32,000 bases of DNA from Candidatus Stoquefichus sp. SB1. GTDB lineage: Bacteria > Bacillota_I > Bacilli_A > Erysipelotrichales > Coprobacillaceae. Numbering within the stretch: position 1 is the stretch's first letter; every line of letters starts with the position of its first letter. The notes beneath the pieces are model-generated. The model saw nothing but the letters and a program-made list of their open reading frames with translations, was not told the DNA's origin and ran no database searches. A program made the translations under genes and the position numbers. The stretch lies in assembly GCF_001244545.1 (NCBI RefSeq), contig NZ_LN852693.1, positions 288,656 through 320,655 on the forward strand. Direction: 5' to 3'. This document shows, in pieces, positions 1 to 8,700 of this stretch.

Positions 1-304
1 CAGTTGCTTCATCAAATTGCTTATGACATGTTAAACGACCACGGCGCAAATCATCATTATCCATGCCTGGTAAATCATCATGAATCAAAGAATATGTATG
101 AATCATTTCAATTGCACAAGCAACATCAAGATACAAATGATAATCTAAGCCATAAGAACGTAATACATTCAAAAAAATCAATGGGCGTAATCTTTTTCCA
201 GGGGCAAGCAAAGAATAATGCATTGCTTCCTTAACCAAACCATCTTTTAATGGCTTAAGAAGTTCGTCTAAACGTTGATTTAATTCTTCTTTTAGTGTAT
301 CCAT
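1..304 (-). CDS. ispA: Polyprenyl (farnesyl/geranylgeranyl) diphosphate synthase, N-terminal part; truncated by window edge
   Basis: Not in the supplied ORF track. Manual translation from ATG at 304..302 gives MDTLKEELNQRLDELLKPLKDGLVKEAMHYSLLAPGKRLRPLIFLNVLRSYGLDYHLYLDVACAIEMIHTYSLIHDDLPGMDNDDLRRGRLTCHKQFDEAT, with the GKRLRP and HDDLPxMDxDxxRRG motifs. It lies directly downstream of xseB, a classic gene order. Confidence 0.95.
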   Translation of the reverse strand, partial: MDTLKEELNQRLDELLKPLKDGLVKEAMHYSLLAPGKRLRPLIFLNVLRSYGLDYHLYLDVACAIEMIHTYSLIHDDLPGMDNDDLRRGRLTCHKQFDEAT

Positions 305-306
305 AA

Positions 307-522
307 TTATTCCTCACTTTGAAATTCTTTTAATTGACCATCTTCATAGATTTGTGCAACCTTTGCTTGAATATTTTTCAATTTTTCATCACAATATTTT
401 GATAATTCAATTCCTTCTTGAAATAAAGCAATACTATCTTCCAAAGGAATTTCATTACTCTCTAATTTTGCAACAATTTCCTCTAAACGTGCAATTGCTT
501 TTTCATATGTCATTTTTTCCAT
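307..522 (-). CDS. xseB: Exodeoxyribonuclease VII small subunit
   Basis: 71 aa. MTYEKAIARLEEIVAKLESNEIPLEDSIALFQEGIELSKYCDEKL is typical of XseB. Adjacent to xseA. Confidence 0.95.
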   Translation of the reverse strand: MEKMTYEKAIARLEEIVAKLESNEIPLEDSIALFQEGIELSKYCDEKLKNIQAKVAQIYEDGQLKEFQSEE

Positions 523-530
523 CTTCTCAC

Positions 531-1787
531 CTACTTAATTTCTGCCTTTTGAAAGCCATCATAAAATTGTATTTCAACAATATCTCCCTTTTGTACACTT
601 TTAACTGATTTTATCATTTTTTCTTCTCTTCTCACTAAAGTATATCCTCTTTGCATCACTTTTAAGGGACTTAATGCATCTAAACTTGCAATTGTTTTTT
701 GCAGTTGATATTCTTTTAATTGAATGAGATTATCAGTTGACTGTTTTAACGTTAATTGATAATTTTTAAGTTGTTGAAATATTTTCATATCAAATATTTT
801 AAATTGATATGACAGTTGATCTTGTAATTTTGTTAATCTCAATATTTCATTAGAATATATTGCTTCTGGTGTTGTTAAATAATATGATTTCTGCAATCTT
901 GTCAAATATTGACGATGGATATCTAAATAATGTTTCATTTTATATATCAATTGCTGTTTGAGATCATAATTATATTTACGTAATTCATTTTGATCAGGTG
1001 TTGCTTTCATAGCTGCAGCCGTTGGCGTTGCACATCGACAGTCACTTACAAAATCACAGATTGTAAAATCTGTTTCATGCCCTATCCCTGTAACAATAGG
1101 CGTTTGACAGTTAAACAAACATCTCGCCAAAGCCTCTTCATTAAAATTCCATAAATCTTCAATTGAACCACCACCACGAGCCAAAATAAGTGTATCAAAA
1201 CCTAATCCATCAACTTGATTCAATGTTTCAATAATTTGTCTATAAGCATTTTTTCCCTGCACAGGAATAGGAAAAACAACAACCTGAGTAAATGGAAAAC
1301 GCAAATGAATTGTTCTTACAATATCTTGAACTGCTGCTCCTTGTTTAGCAGACAAAACGGCAATTTTACGTGGAAATTGAGGGATCATTTTCTTGAATTT
1401 TTCATCAAATAATCCTTCCGCATTCAGTTTTTTCTTAAGTGCTTCAAATTTTAGATAGAGTTGTCCGATTCCATCTTGTTGAATAGATTGTACATATAAT
1501 TGATATTGACCACTCACTTCATAAACTGATACACTAGCCCGAATAAAAACCTGCATGCCATTTTCTATTTCAAAATTCAAACGTCTGGCTTGTGAAGCAA
1601 ACATGACAGCACTCACTCGTGAATTTTCATCTTTAAGAGTGAAATAAAGATGACCACTAGGATGTGGTCTATAATTTGATATTTCACCTTTGATATAGAT
1701 ATTCTGTAATGCTACATCCTGATTCATTTTTGCTTTAATATACTTATTTAAAGCAAAAACAGTAATATATTTTCTTTCCTCCATCAA
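531..1787 (-). CDS. xseA: Exodeoxyribonuclease VII large subunit
   Basis: 418 aa. N-terminal OB domain (ISNYRPHPSGHLYFTLKDENSRVSAVMF) and catalytic region (ARGGGSIEDLWNFNEEALARCLF...TPIVTGIGHETDFTICDFVSDCRCATPTAAA). Confidence 0.97.
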   Translation of the reverse strand: MMEERKYITVFALNKYIKAKMNQDVALQNIYIKGEISNYRPHPSGHLYFTLKDENSRVSAVMFASQARRLNFEIENGMQVFIRASVSVYEVSGQYQLYVQSIQQDGIGQLYLKFEALKKKLNAEGLFDEKFKKMIPQFPRKIAVLSAKQGAAVQDIVRTIHLRFPFTQVVVFPIPVQGKNAYRQIIETLNQVDGLGFDTLILARGGGSIEDLWNFNEEALARCLFNCQTPIVTGIGHETDFTICDFVSDCRCATPTAAAMKATPDQNELRKYNYDLKQQLIYKMKHYLDIHRQYLTRLQKSYYLTTPEAIYSNEILRLTKLQDQLSYQFKIFDMKIFQQLKNYQLTLKQSTDNLIQLKEYQLQKTIASLDALSPLKVMQRGYTLVRREEKMIKSVKSVQKGDIVEIQFYDGFQKAEIK

Positions 1788-2209
1788 ATAACCTGACTCA
1801 AGACACCATTAATAAACTTATACGAATCATCATCACAGAATTTTTTAGCATTAAGAACAGCTTCATTAATAACTATTGTTTTTGGCAAATCAGATTCAAG
1901 CAATTCACATGTAGCAATTAATAGTATTGCTCTTTCCATCACACTTAATCTATCAAATGTCCAGCTTTTTTTCAAATGTTTTGCAATTAAATCCTGATAT
2001 GAATCTTTATGATTAATTGCATTTTCTACTAACCATTGACTAAATTTCATTGTTTCAGGATTTTTACTTAATGTTTTATCTTCATTTAAAAATATAACTA
2101 TTTCATCTATTGAACTTCCAACTAATAGGTTTTGATAAACTCCAATAGTTGCTTTTTCTCTTGCAATTTGTCTACGACTTTTTTCCATAAAATACAAATG
2201 CCTCCACAT
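1784..2209 (-). CDS. nusB: Transcription antitermination factor NusB; start may be internal (MEKSRRQIARE)
   Basis: 141 aa. NusB-like C-terminal region (LSVMERAILLIATCELLESDLPKTIVINEAVLNAKKFCDDDSYKFINGVL). Overlaps the xseA start by 4 nt. Confidence 0.93.
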   Translation of the reverse strand: MWRHLYFMEKSRRQIAREKATIGVYQNLLVGSSIDEIVIFLNEDKTLSKNPETMKFSQWLVENAINHKDSYQDLIAKHLKKSWTFDRLSVMERAILLIATCELLESDLPKTIVINEAVLNAKKFCDDDSYKFINGVLSQVI

Positions 2210-2289
2210 TCTCTAAATTACTCCTATTTTACCACAAATACTCCAAAAAATAAACAAAAGAAAAGTAAGAATCGACATTCTTACTTAAA

Positions 2290-2637
2290 CTATTCAAAAT
2301 CAATATTATCAACTTCAATATCAATATGTTTCACTTTTACATCTGTCATCTGTTTAATTGAAGTTGCTATTTTATCTTGAATCTCCTGTGTGATTTGAGA
2401 TACATTTACTCCATATTTAATACGAACATGAATACATATATAGACTTCATTTTCTTTAATAGAGCAAGACACAACTGCCTTTGTACCAGGAATTTGAATT
2501 CCCTTAGATGTATCCAAAGAAACATTTTTCATTTCATTAACAGTTCTTTTTGTAATTTCATCAAAGACTTGAACATTCATCAATATTTTACCATTTACAG
2601 AGCCTTGATCAAATGTATAATATTCATTATGTGCCAT
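2290..2637 (-). CDS. Asp23/Gls24 family envelope stress response protein
   Basis: 115 aa. Asp23-like pattern (GKILMNVQVFDEITKRTVNEMKNVS...VYICIHVRIKYGVNVSQITQEIQDKIATSIKQMTDVKVKHIDIEVDNIDF). Located upstream of nusB as in many Firmicutes. Confidence 0.85.
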   Translation of the reverse strand: MAHNEYYTFDQGSVNGKILMNVQVFDEITKRTVNEMKNVSLDTSKGIQIPGTKAVVSCSIKENEVYICIHVRIKYGVNVSQITQEIQDKIATSIKQMTDVKVKHIDIEVDNIDFE

Positions 2638-2693
2638 AACATTACCTCTTTTCTATATCTCTATTGTATATAAAATATCATAAAATTACAAGT

Positions 2694-3152
2694 TTATTCA
2701 CTAATAAATTTCACTTCAACCTGATAGTTATCACCAACAAGATTTAAAATTTCTTTTATAATTTTAGATGCGTCTGTCTGTGTTGCATCTTTTTTCATAA
2801 CAGTCACTTTAATTGTTTGATTCTCAATTTCAACATACGCATCCTTATATCCAAGTTCTTTGATTTTTGAAACAATACTCTTCTCTTTTTCACCTATATT
2901 TTTTGTTTCACTAATCGTTTCAAGTGCTTCATTAATAGAATCTGATGTACTTGATTCTTTTGCTATAATCTCATTGTTTTTAGAGATAATATCTTCTCTT
3001 TTCTTATTTAATTGCTCTTGTAATTGCTGAATTGTTGTTTGCGTACTGGTAACGACTTCTTCATTTGAACTTGGTGGCAACATAATATAATAGATTGATA
3101 AGACAAGTATTAAACTGAAAAGTGTTAAAAAAGTAAAAGCTTGTTTATTCAT
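2694..3152 (-). CDS. SpoIIIAH-like stage III sporulation protein
   Basis: 152 aa. N-terminal TM helix (MNKQAFTFLTLFSLILVLSIYYIMLPP) and C-terminal ring-building-type region (IVSKIKELGYKDAYVEIENQTIKVTVMKKDATQTDASKIIKEILNLVGDNYQVEVKFI). Synteny with asp23-nusB-xse-ispA. Confidence 0.8.
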   Translation of the reverse strand: MNKQAFTFLTLFSLILVLSIYYIMLPPSSNEEVVTSTQTTIQQLQEQLNKKREDIISKNNEIIAKESSTSDSINEALETISETKNIGEKEKSIVSKIKELGYKDAYVEIENQTIKVTVMKKDATQTDASKIIKEILNLVGDNYQVEVKFISE

Positions 3153-3203
3153 ATTCCATTCTCCTTTTTCTTATATACTATATGTTACAACAAGCTTAAA
3201 TAT

Positions 3204-3225
3204 GAAAAAAAGAGCTTACGCTCTT
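3204..3225 (-). terminator. Rho-independent terminator overlapping the efp stop codon
   Basis: Minus strand AAGAGC-GTAA-GCTCTT followed by a T-run (TTTTTC). Confidence 0.75.
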
Positions 3226-3779
3226 CCTTGATATTTTCCATCTTCTGTATTCACAATAACTTTTTCTCCTTCATTAATAAATAAAGGAACTTTGATTTGG
3301 TAACCTGTTTCAATAGTTGCATTTTTAGTTGCACCTGTTGCAGTATCACCTTTAACAGCAGGTTCAGTTTCAGTAACTGTAAAAGCCACATTGACAGGTA
3401 ATTGAACACCTAAAACCTCATTTTCAAAACTTGTGACTTCTACCTCATCAGATGGTTTTAAAAAGTTCATTTCCCATTTTAAATGATCAGCAGGAATTTC
3501 AATTTGATCATATGTTTCATTATCCATAAAAACTAACATATCCCCTGAATCATATAAGTATTGCATTTTTCTTTTTTCAATATGTGCTTTGGCAACTTTT
3601 TCACTATTTCCAAAAGTTACTTCAGTTGTAGAACCAGTTCTCATGTTTTTCATTTTCACTCTAATATTAGCAGCAGCACGTGCTGTTTTATTATGTGAAT
3701 ATTCTAAAACAACATATAAATTGCCATCATATTGAAAAGTCATACCTGGTCTTAAATCACCAACATTAATCATATTCAA
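3216..3779 (-). CDS. efp: Elongation factor P
   Basis: 187 aa. MNVGDLRPGMTFQYDGNLYVVLEYSHNKTARAAANIRVKMKNMRTGSTTEVTFGN... and the C-terminal GDTATGATKNATIETGYQIKVPLFINEGEKVIVNTEDGKYQGRA. Confidence 0.97.
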   Translation of the reverse strand: MNMINVGDLRPGMTFQYDGNLYVVLEYSHNKTARAAANIRVKMKNMRTGSTTEVTFGNSEKVAKAHIEKRKMQYLYDSGDMLVFMDNETYDQIEIPADHLKWEMNFLKPSDEVEVTSFENEVLGVQLPVNVAFTVTETEPAVKGDTATGATKNATIETGYQIKVPLFINEGEKVIVNTEDGKYQGRA

Positions 3780-3856
3780 TCTCTCCTTTGTAAGTTTCCC
3801 TACGCATTATAACAAATTTTTTCATATATGTAAAATAAATCTATTACTTTTTAGAC

Positions 3857-4009
3857 TCAAAATAAAATGACAAAAATGATATCAACACATAAGAGTATCC
3901 CAATAACAATACTGATTTGTTTTTTTCGTTTATCTGTATCACAAATTTTTTCACGATACACACTAAGTAAAAAACATATCATTAAAATAGCAAATAAAAT
4001 ATATAGCAT
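3857..4009 (-). CDS. Small two-TM membrane protein (50 aa), apparently the last ORF of the comG operon
   Basis: Not in the ORF track. Translation is MLYILFAILMICFLLSVYREKICDTDKRKKQISIVIGILLCVDIIFVILF*. The ATG is 2 nt after the comGG-like stop, with a GGAGGG Shine-Dalgarno inside the comGG 3' end. Confidence 0.6.
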   Translation of the reverse strand: MLYILFAILMICFLLSVYREKICDTDKRKKQISIVIGILLCVDIIFVILF

Positions 4010-4011
4010 AT

Positions 4012-4392
4012 TTATCCCTCCACATAGCTAAATTTTGTAACTTCAAACGTATCTGTTCGTATATTTAATATAAATGAATAGTTGATCTTTTCAGATGATA
4101 TATGCGTTGTAATTTCATAATAATCTCCTAAATCCTCAATGAGACTTTGAATTGAATATTCATCATCCATATAATCATCACTTAATAAAATATCATTTTG
4201 CATTTGATCAACATAATATTGAGTCAGTAAAATCTCTAGATTTTTTTGCTTCATGAGAAGTTGAATAGATGTATAGTTTTTGGCATTTTGTCGAATTAGA
4301 AATAATCCTACAGTTAGAGAAAATGTGAATACTAAAAAAGTCACAAGTACAATTTGTAATACGGATCCTTTATTGTTCTGTAATGATTTCAT
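4012..4392 (-). CDS. ComGG-like minor pseudopilin
   Basis: 126 aa. N-terminal hydrophobic helix (NNKGSVLQIVLVTFLVFTFSLTVGLFLI). Position is last among the pseudopilin ORFs. Confidence 0.6.
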   Translation of the reverse strand: MKSLQNNKGSVLQIVLVTFLVFTFSLTVGLFLIRQNAKNYTSIQLLMKQKNLEILLTQYYVDQMQNDILLSDDYMDDEYSIQSLIEDLGDYYEITTHISSEKINYSFILNIRTDTFEVTKFSYVEG

Positions 4393-4825
4393 CGTCTATC
4401 TCCTGTTTTTCTTTTGCAAAAGTAAGCAAGAACTGATATTCTTTTTCATTGCGAACGACATTCATATAAATCATATCATGCTTCATTTCAAAAGAAAGAT
4501 CATCGATATTGGTTATCATAATCTCAAATCCAGGCGTTTTAACAAGACGATGATTATCTATATCAAATGTCATGATTTCACCGTCATAATTATAAAAACT
4601 GTATTGCTCACCAACGTCTTCATAATTTGTTCCCAACACCTCCTGACTGATTTGTTTTGCAGCTATAAAAATATCTTCATCATATTGTGAAATGTTTTGA
4701 GCATGTGAAATCGTGCGATACATCCCAAACAAACTTGTTACAATAATCAATGAAATTCCAAATGAAAATAAGACTTCAATCAATGTAAAGCCATTTGAAT
4801 TAATTCTGTAAAATCTTCTGAAAAT
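4370..4825 (-). CDS. comGF: ComGF-like minor pseudopilin; start re-annotated upstream to a non-canonical codon
   Basis: The reading frame upstream of the track start encodes RRFYRINSNGFTLIEVLFSFGISLIIV, a class 3 prepilin signal (G^FTLIE). The frame is open back to a TGA at 4834..4832. Confidence 0.65.
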   Translation of the reverse strand: MFRRFYRINSNGFTLIEVLFSFGISLIIVTSLFGMYRTISHAQNISQYDEDIFIAAKQISQEVLGTNYEDVGEQYSFYNYDGEIMTFDIDNHRLVKTPGFEIMITNIDDLSFEMKHDMIYMNVVRNEKEYQFLLTFAKEKQEIDDEIITEQ

Positions 4826-4989
4826 GATATTTCACCCTCTTTCTTTAAAACATCTTGATAATACTGACTGATTTTCGTTTCATTGGAAAAAAGATTCGTC
4901 ATTAAACCCATATAGATTACCAATACAGATATAAAGATTTCAAAAGCAAACAAACTTTCAATCAGTGTCGAGCCTCTTTTACCTAACAT
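4780..4989 (-). CDS. comGE: ComGE-like minor pseudopilin
   Basis: Internal start MLGKRGSTLIESLFAFEIFISVLVIYMG within ORF 4780..5064. Prepilin-like N-terminus. Between the comGD-like and comGF-like ORFs. Confidence 0.6.
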   Translation of the reverse strand: MLGKRGSTLIESLFAFEIFISVLVIYMGLMTNLFSNETKISQYYQDVLKKEGEISFSEDFTELIQMALH

Positions 4990-5368
4990 AAAAGCACCCA
5001 CTGCCCACTTGAAAAACAAACTGATATTGTTTTTTAGAAGTATGTAAAACAACCGTCTTAGCACCTTTAATATTCCCTGAAAGATTAAAGGTCATTTCGT
5101 GTGGTTCAAAAAAACTTTGATCATATAATTGATATTCTTTATTAAAATCAACACTGTGGTAAACAATTTCAGAATTTGAAAATGTTAATGTTACTGTCTG
5201 TTTATACGTCATTGCTGTTAATTTTGCTTCATTTAAAAAACCAATGATTTCTTGAACAAGCATACTCTCACTCTTTTGTGGCATATGTAATGTTAAAGAG
5301 AGAGTTGATAAAATGCATATAACAAATAATACAAATAATGTTTCAACTAAAGTAAATCCTTTATTCAT
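4979..5368 (-). CDS. comGD: ComGD-like minor pseudopilin
   Basis: MNKGFTLVETLFVLFVICILSTLSLTLHM. The start codon overlaps the comGC stop (ATGAATAA). Confidence 0.75.
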   Translation of the reverse strand: MNKGFTLVETLFVLFVICILSTLSLTLHMPQKSESMLVQEIIGFLNEAKLTAMTYKQTVTLTFSNSEIVYHSVDFNKEYQLYDQSFFEPHEMTFNLSGNIKGAKTVVLHTSKKQYQFVFQVGSGCFYVR

Positions 5369-5666
5369 CAGCATAAGCTTGACCATCGCTTATAGATATT
5401 GATTTTCCATTTGGACATATTCCTTGCTTTTCTGTTAAATAGGGATGACTACCACTTGTTAAATCAGAAATACTTGTTGGTAACTCTCCATTTTCAATTT
5501 CATATAACAAAATCTGAGAATTCACAACTTCAACTTGTGCTTCACAACCTTTGTTTTTAACAACAGTATTTTTAGAAGTAACATTAGGTATAACAAGAAG
5601 CAAAATAACTAATATCACACTAATACAGAAAATCATTTCAATTAAAGTAAATCCTTTTTTGTTCAT
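5361..5666 (-). CDS. comGC: ComGC major competence pseudopilin
   Basis: 101 aa. MNKKGFTLIEMIFCISVILVILLLVIPNV...KGCEAQVEVVNSQILLYEIENGELPTSISDL. Confidence 0.9.
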   Translation of the reverse strand: MNKKGFTLIEMIFCISVILVILLLVIPNVTSKNTVVKNKGCEAQVEVVNSQILLYEIENGELPTSISDLTSGSHPYLTEKQGICPNGKSISISDGQAYADE

Positions 5667-5682
5667 TTTTATTCCTTCCTTT

Positions 5683-6714
5683 CTAAATATCTGAGATTAC
5701 ATTCATCATTGGAATAATAATCGAAACATAAATCGTAATAACAAAAACTGCTACAAACCCATAAATTGATGGAACAAGATATTTTAAAAATTGGGATATC
5801 CAAAGATCAATCTGTTCATAAGTCAAATCAATATAATGTGCTAAAGATTGCTTTTGAACTGGATTTTTCATATACATTTGAAAAAAGCTTAAAAACAAAC
5901 GATCAAAATACTCAAAATCTTCTAAAATATCTTCTAGTGCTTCACCTTCATGTAATCTGTTATTCATTTCATAAAGCACAATTTTTAAATCACTTTCTGT
6001 CATTTGTTCATTCAAAAGTGCAATAATACTTGTACTATCAATTTCTTCATTAAGAAGTTCATGATAATAAACAGCAAATTTAAGAGAAAAATATTTTTGC
6101 AAACAAATTTTAAAGACTGGTAATTTCAAATACCACTCAATAATTAAATAAGATTTATGACGTAGTGCAAAAAATAGTCGAATAAGTAAAAACACAATAA
6201 GACTCCCAATAGAAATAATTAAAATTGGCATAAAATAGAAAAAGAAAAACATAATTTGAATCATAAGACTCTTTTGAATTTGAAAAGAATCAAATAGCTG
6301 ATTGACATTTGGTAATAAAATAAATACAACAAAAATAGAAAAAAGAAGCAAAAAAGTCATTAAAATAAGAGGATAAGTTAATTTTGATTTTAATTGATTT
6401 TGATACTCTTCTTTCATCATACAAATATCTAAACTCTTTTGAATAGCTTCAGATAAACAATTCTTATTTTTAAAAAAATAAAAGTATTCTAAAAATAATT
6501 TTGGAAAATCCCCACTTATAATAACCGTTTCTAAAGATTCACCATAATGTAACTGATCAATCATTTTTGTTATTATAGGATGATGCATGATATGCTGACA
6601 AATATGTAATGTTTCTTCAATACTATAACCTGCCTCCAATAAAGTATATAGATTTTTTAAAAGCAGATAATCTTTATTCATATTGATATTCTCCTGTAAA
6701 TAACTCTCTATCAA
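5683..6714 (-). CDS. comGB: ComGB, GspF/PilC-type inner-membrane platform protein
   Basis: 343 aa. Multiple TM segments with duplicated T2SF-like halves. Between comGA and comGC. Confidence 0.88.
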   Translation of the reverse strand: MIESYLQENINMNKDYLLLKNLYTLLEAGYSIEETLHICQHIMHHPIITKMIDQLHYGESLETVIISGDFPKLFLEYFYFFKNKNCLSEAIQKSLDICMMKEEYQNQLKSKLTYPLILMTFLLLFSIFVVFILLPNVNQLFDSFQIQKSLMIQIMFFFFYFMPILIISIGSLIVFLLIRLFFALRHKSYLIIEWYLKLPVFKICLQKYFSLKFAVYYHELLNEEIDSTSIIALLNEQMTESDLKIVLYEMNNRLHEGEALEDILEDFEYFDRLFLSFFQMYMKNPVQKQSLAHYIDLTYEQIDLWISQFLKYLVPSIYGFVAVFVITIYVSIIIPMMNVISDI

Positions 6715-7660
6715 AACCTTGATTTATTAATTTTTGAGCTTGCTTTGCAAACGTTGAATAATTTGTTTCGTGATTTTGAAAGTAAGAGAAAATCTCTTCT
6801 TTATTCATATACTCTGATAAAACAATAACTCTTTGATTCTTTGAATCATATTTCATCCTTTGCGACATTGCACCTATAACAACATCACAGATATCTATTT
6901 CATTTACTTCTAGATTCATTAAACGTTTTAATGATAATAATGCATTGCTTGCATGAATAGTTGTTAAAACTAAATGCCCTGTCAAAGCACATGTAATCGC
7001 AATTTTAGCTGTTGTCACATCACGTATTTCACCAATCATAATAATATCTGGATCATGCCTTAATATCTGCTTTAAAGTATCCTGATAAGTAATTCCTAAC
7101 TTTTCATTTAGTTCAATTTGTAAACAGTTCTCTAATTGCATTTCAATAGGATCTTCAATTGTAATAACATTCTTATTATCATGACGAATAATTTCTTTAA
7201 GAACAGTATATAAGGTCGTGGATTTCCCTGATCCCGTTGCTCCACTAATTAAAAATAAGCCACTTTCCTGTTTTGTTAACCACATTAAATAATGAATAAT
7301 ATCATCTTGGTAAGAAAGTTGTTCAATTGTACCAATCTCATGATTGTTAAGAATCCTAATGACAATACTTTCAAAATTTTGTGATGGCAGATAAGAAATT
7401 CTCAAGAAATACTCTTTTTGATGTATAGTTGTTGAAAAATCACCAGTTTGAGGAAGAAGTCGATAATTTGTATTGATGAGCGCTCTATATTTAATATAAT
7501 TCATCAATTTACTTCCTAAATCATTTTCTAAACAATCATAATTTTTTAATTTCCCAAACAACCGAAAACGAATATAAAGACAATCTTTTAAAACCATATG
7601 TATATCTGTAGCTTTCATTTTCAAAGCCCGATACATCACCTTATCAAATAGTTCATCCAT
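6674..7660 (-). CDS. comGA: ComGA, GspE/PilB-type secretion ATPase
   Basis: 328 aa. Walker A GATGSGKSTTLY, Asp box TIEDPIE, Walker B ILRHDPDIIMIGEIRD, His box ALTGHLVLTTIHA. Confidence 0.95.
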   Translation of the reverse strand: MDELFDKVMYRALKMKATDIHMVLKDCLYIRFRLFGKLKNYDCLENDLGSKLMNYIKYRALINTNYRLLPQTGDFSTTIHQKEYFLRISYLPSQNFESIVIRILNNHEIGTIEQLSYQDDIIHYLMWLTKQESGLFLISGATGSGKSTTLYTVLKEIIRHDNKNVITIEDPIEMQLENCLQIELNEKLGITYQDTLKQILRHDPDIIMIGEIRDVTTAKIAITCALTGHLVLTTIHASNALLSLKRLMNLEVNEIDICDVVIGAMSQRMKYDSKNQRVIVLSEYMNKEEIFSYFQNHETNYSTFAKQAQKLINQGFDRELFTGEYQYE

Positions 7661-7833
7661 AATTACCCTCCTACTATATATATACGCAAAAAAAGTTCAT
7701 TTTTCTTTTTTTATTTTCAAAAAAATGAAATATTTTTTTAATTTATTCAAATACTTCTATAATTCAATAAAAATTAACCATATTAAGCAAAAAAAGATTC
7801 CATCCTTTATAAATAAAACGGATGAAATCTTTT

Positions 7834-8445
7834 TTATGATTTTAAATATGGGTTATTATTTTGTTCAAAAAGCAACGTACTTTCTTCACCATGGCCCGGC
7901 AATAATCTTGCATCAAAATCCATTGCTTTAATTGTATTTAAAGACTGCTTTGTTTGTAAATGAGAAGATGTAGGAAAATCAAATCTGCCAATTGAACCAG
8001 CAAATAAAACATCACCACTAAACATTGCATTCTCACTTTGAATATATATCATACAACTTCCTTGACAGTGTCCTTCTAACAAATACCATTTTAAATCAAA
8101 ATCAGCAATACGCATTATAGGCTTTGCTATTTGAATTGGTGCCTTAATAACAAATGGTTTTTCAAAACAGGACAAATTGTATTGAGGATTATTCATAATC
8201 TCTATAGATTCTTGATGAGCATATATAGGACAATGATAATGCTCATAGAGATAGTCAACAGCACCAATATGATCAAAATGTCCATGAGTTATCAATATAG
8301 CACATAACTTTAATTCATTTTCTGATAAATACTTTAAGACTTTTTGACCATTTGCTCCTGGATCAATAATGATACATTCATTTTTATCATTATATACAAT
8401 ATAACAATTGGTTTGCATTGAACCTAAGATCAATTTTTTTATCAT
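7834..8445 (-). CDS. MBL-fold metallo-hydrolase (hydroxyacylglutathione hydrolase-like)
   Basis: 203 aa. THGHFDHIG, LEGHCQGSCMIY, SGDVLFAGSIGRFDFP and LLPGHGEEST motifs. Confidence 0.93.
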   Translation of the reverse strand: MIKKLILGSMQTNCYIVYNDKNECIIIDPGANGQKVLKYLSENELKLCAILITHGHFDHIGAVDYLYEHYHCPIYAHQESIEIMNNPQYNLSCFEKPFVIKAPIQIAKPIMRIADFDLKWYLLEGHCQGSCMIYIQSENAMFSGDVLFAGSIGRFDFPTSSHLQTKQSLNTIKAMDFDARLLPGHGEESTLLFEQNNNPYLKS

Positions 8446-8470
8446 ATCAACAAATCCTTTCTATTAAAGA

Positions 8471-8490
8471 AAAAAAGCCATATGGCTTAT
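8471..8490 (-). terminator. Putative terminator overlapping the rpmG stop
   Basis: Minus strand AAGCCATATGGCTT followed by TTTTTTC. Short stem. Confidence 0.4.
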
Positions 8491-8636
8491 TTCTTTTCTT
8501 TATGAGCAGTTTTTTTATTACATCTTGGACAGTATTTTTGAACTTCCATTCTCTCTGGATGATTTCTTTTATTTTTAGTATTAATGTAGTTTTCTTCACC
8601 ACATTCAGTACATTTTAAAATGATGTTTTCTCTCAT
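8487..8636 (-). CDS. rpmG: 50S ribosomal protein L33
   Basis: Not in the ORF track. Translation is [49 protein letters not shown], with two CxxC zinc knuckles. Confidence 0.96.
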   Translation of the reverse strand: MRENIILKCTECGEENYINTKNKRNHPERMEVQKYCPRCNKKTAHKEKK

Positions 8637-8700
8637 TATTACACCTCCATTGTGACTTCGCCATACTATAATAGCATAAAGTTTCTAAAAATGCTACACT

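Noticed and set aside
354-608. Plus-strand ORFs throughout the track (e.g. 354..608, 4280..4690, 15895..16239, 21647..21964, 23104..23466, 24008..24274)
   Set aside because: All lie antisense to strongly supported minus-strand genes, have no recognisable domains, and are expected by chance in AT-rich codon contexts.
4990-5064. Long N-terminal version of the comGE ORF (MLRRLFYILLKNNISLFFKWAVGAF...)
   Set aside because: It overlaps comGD and places extra sequence before the prepilin-like MLGKRGSTLIESLF start. The internal start at 4989 fits pseudopilin architecture better.
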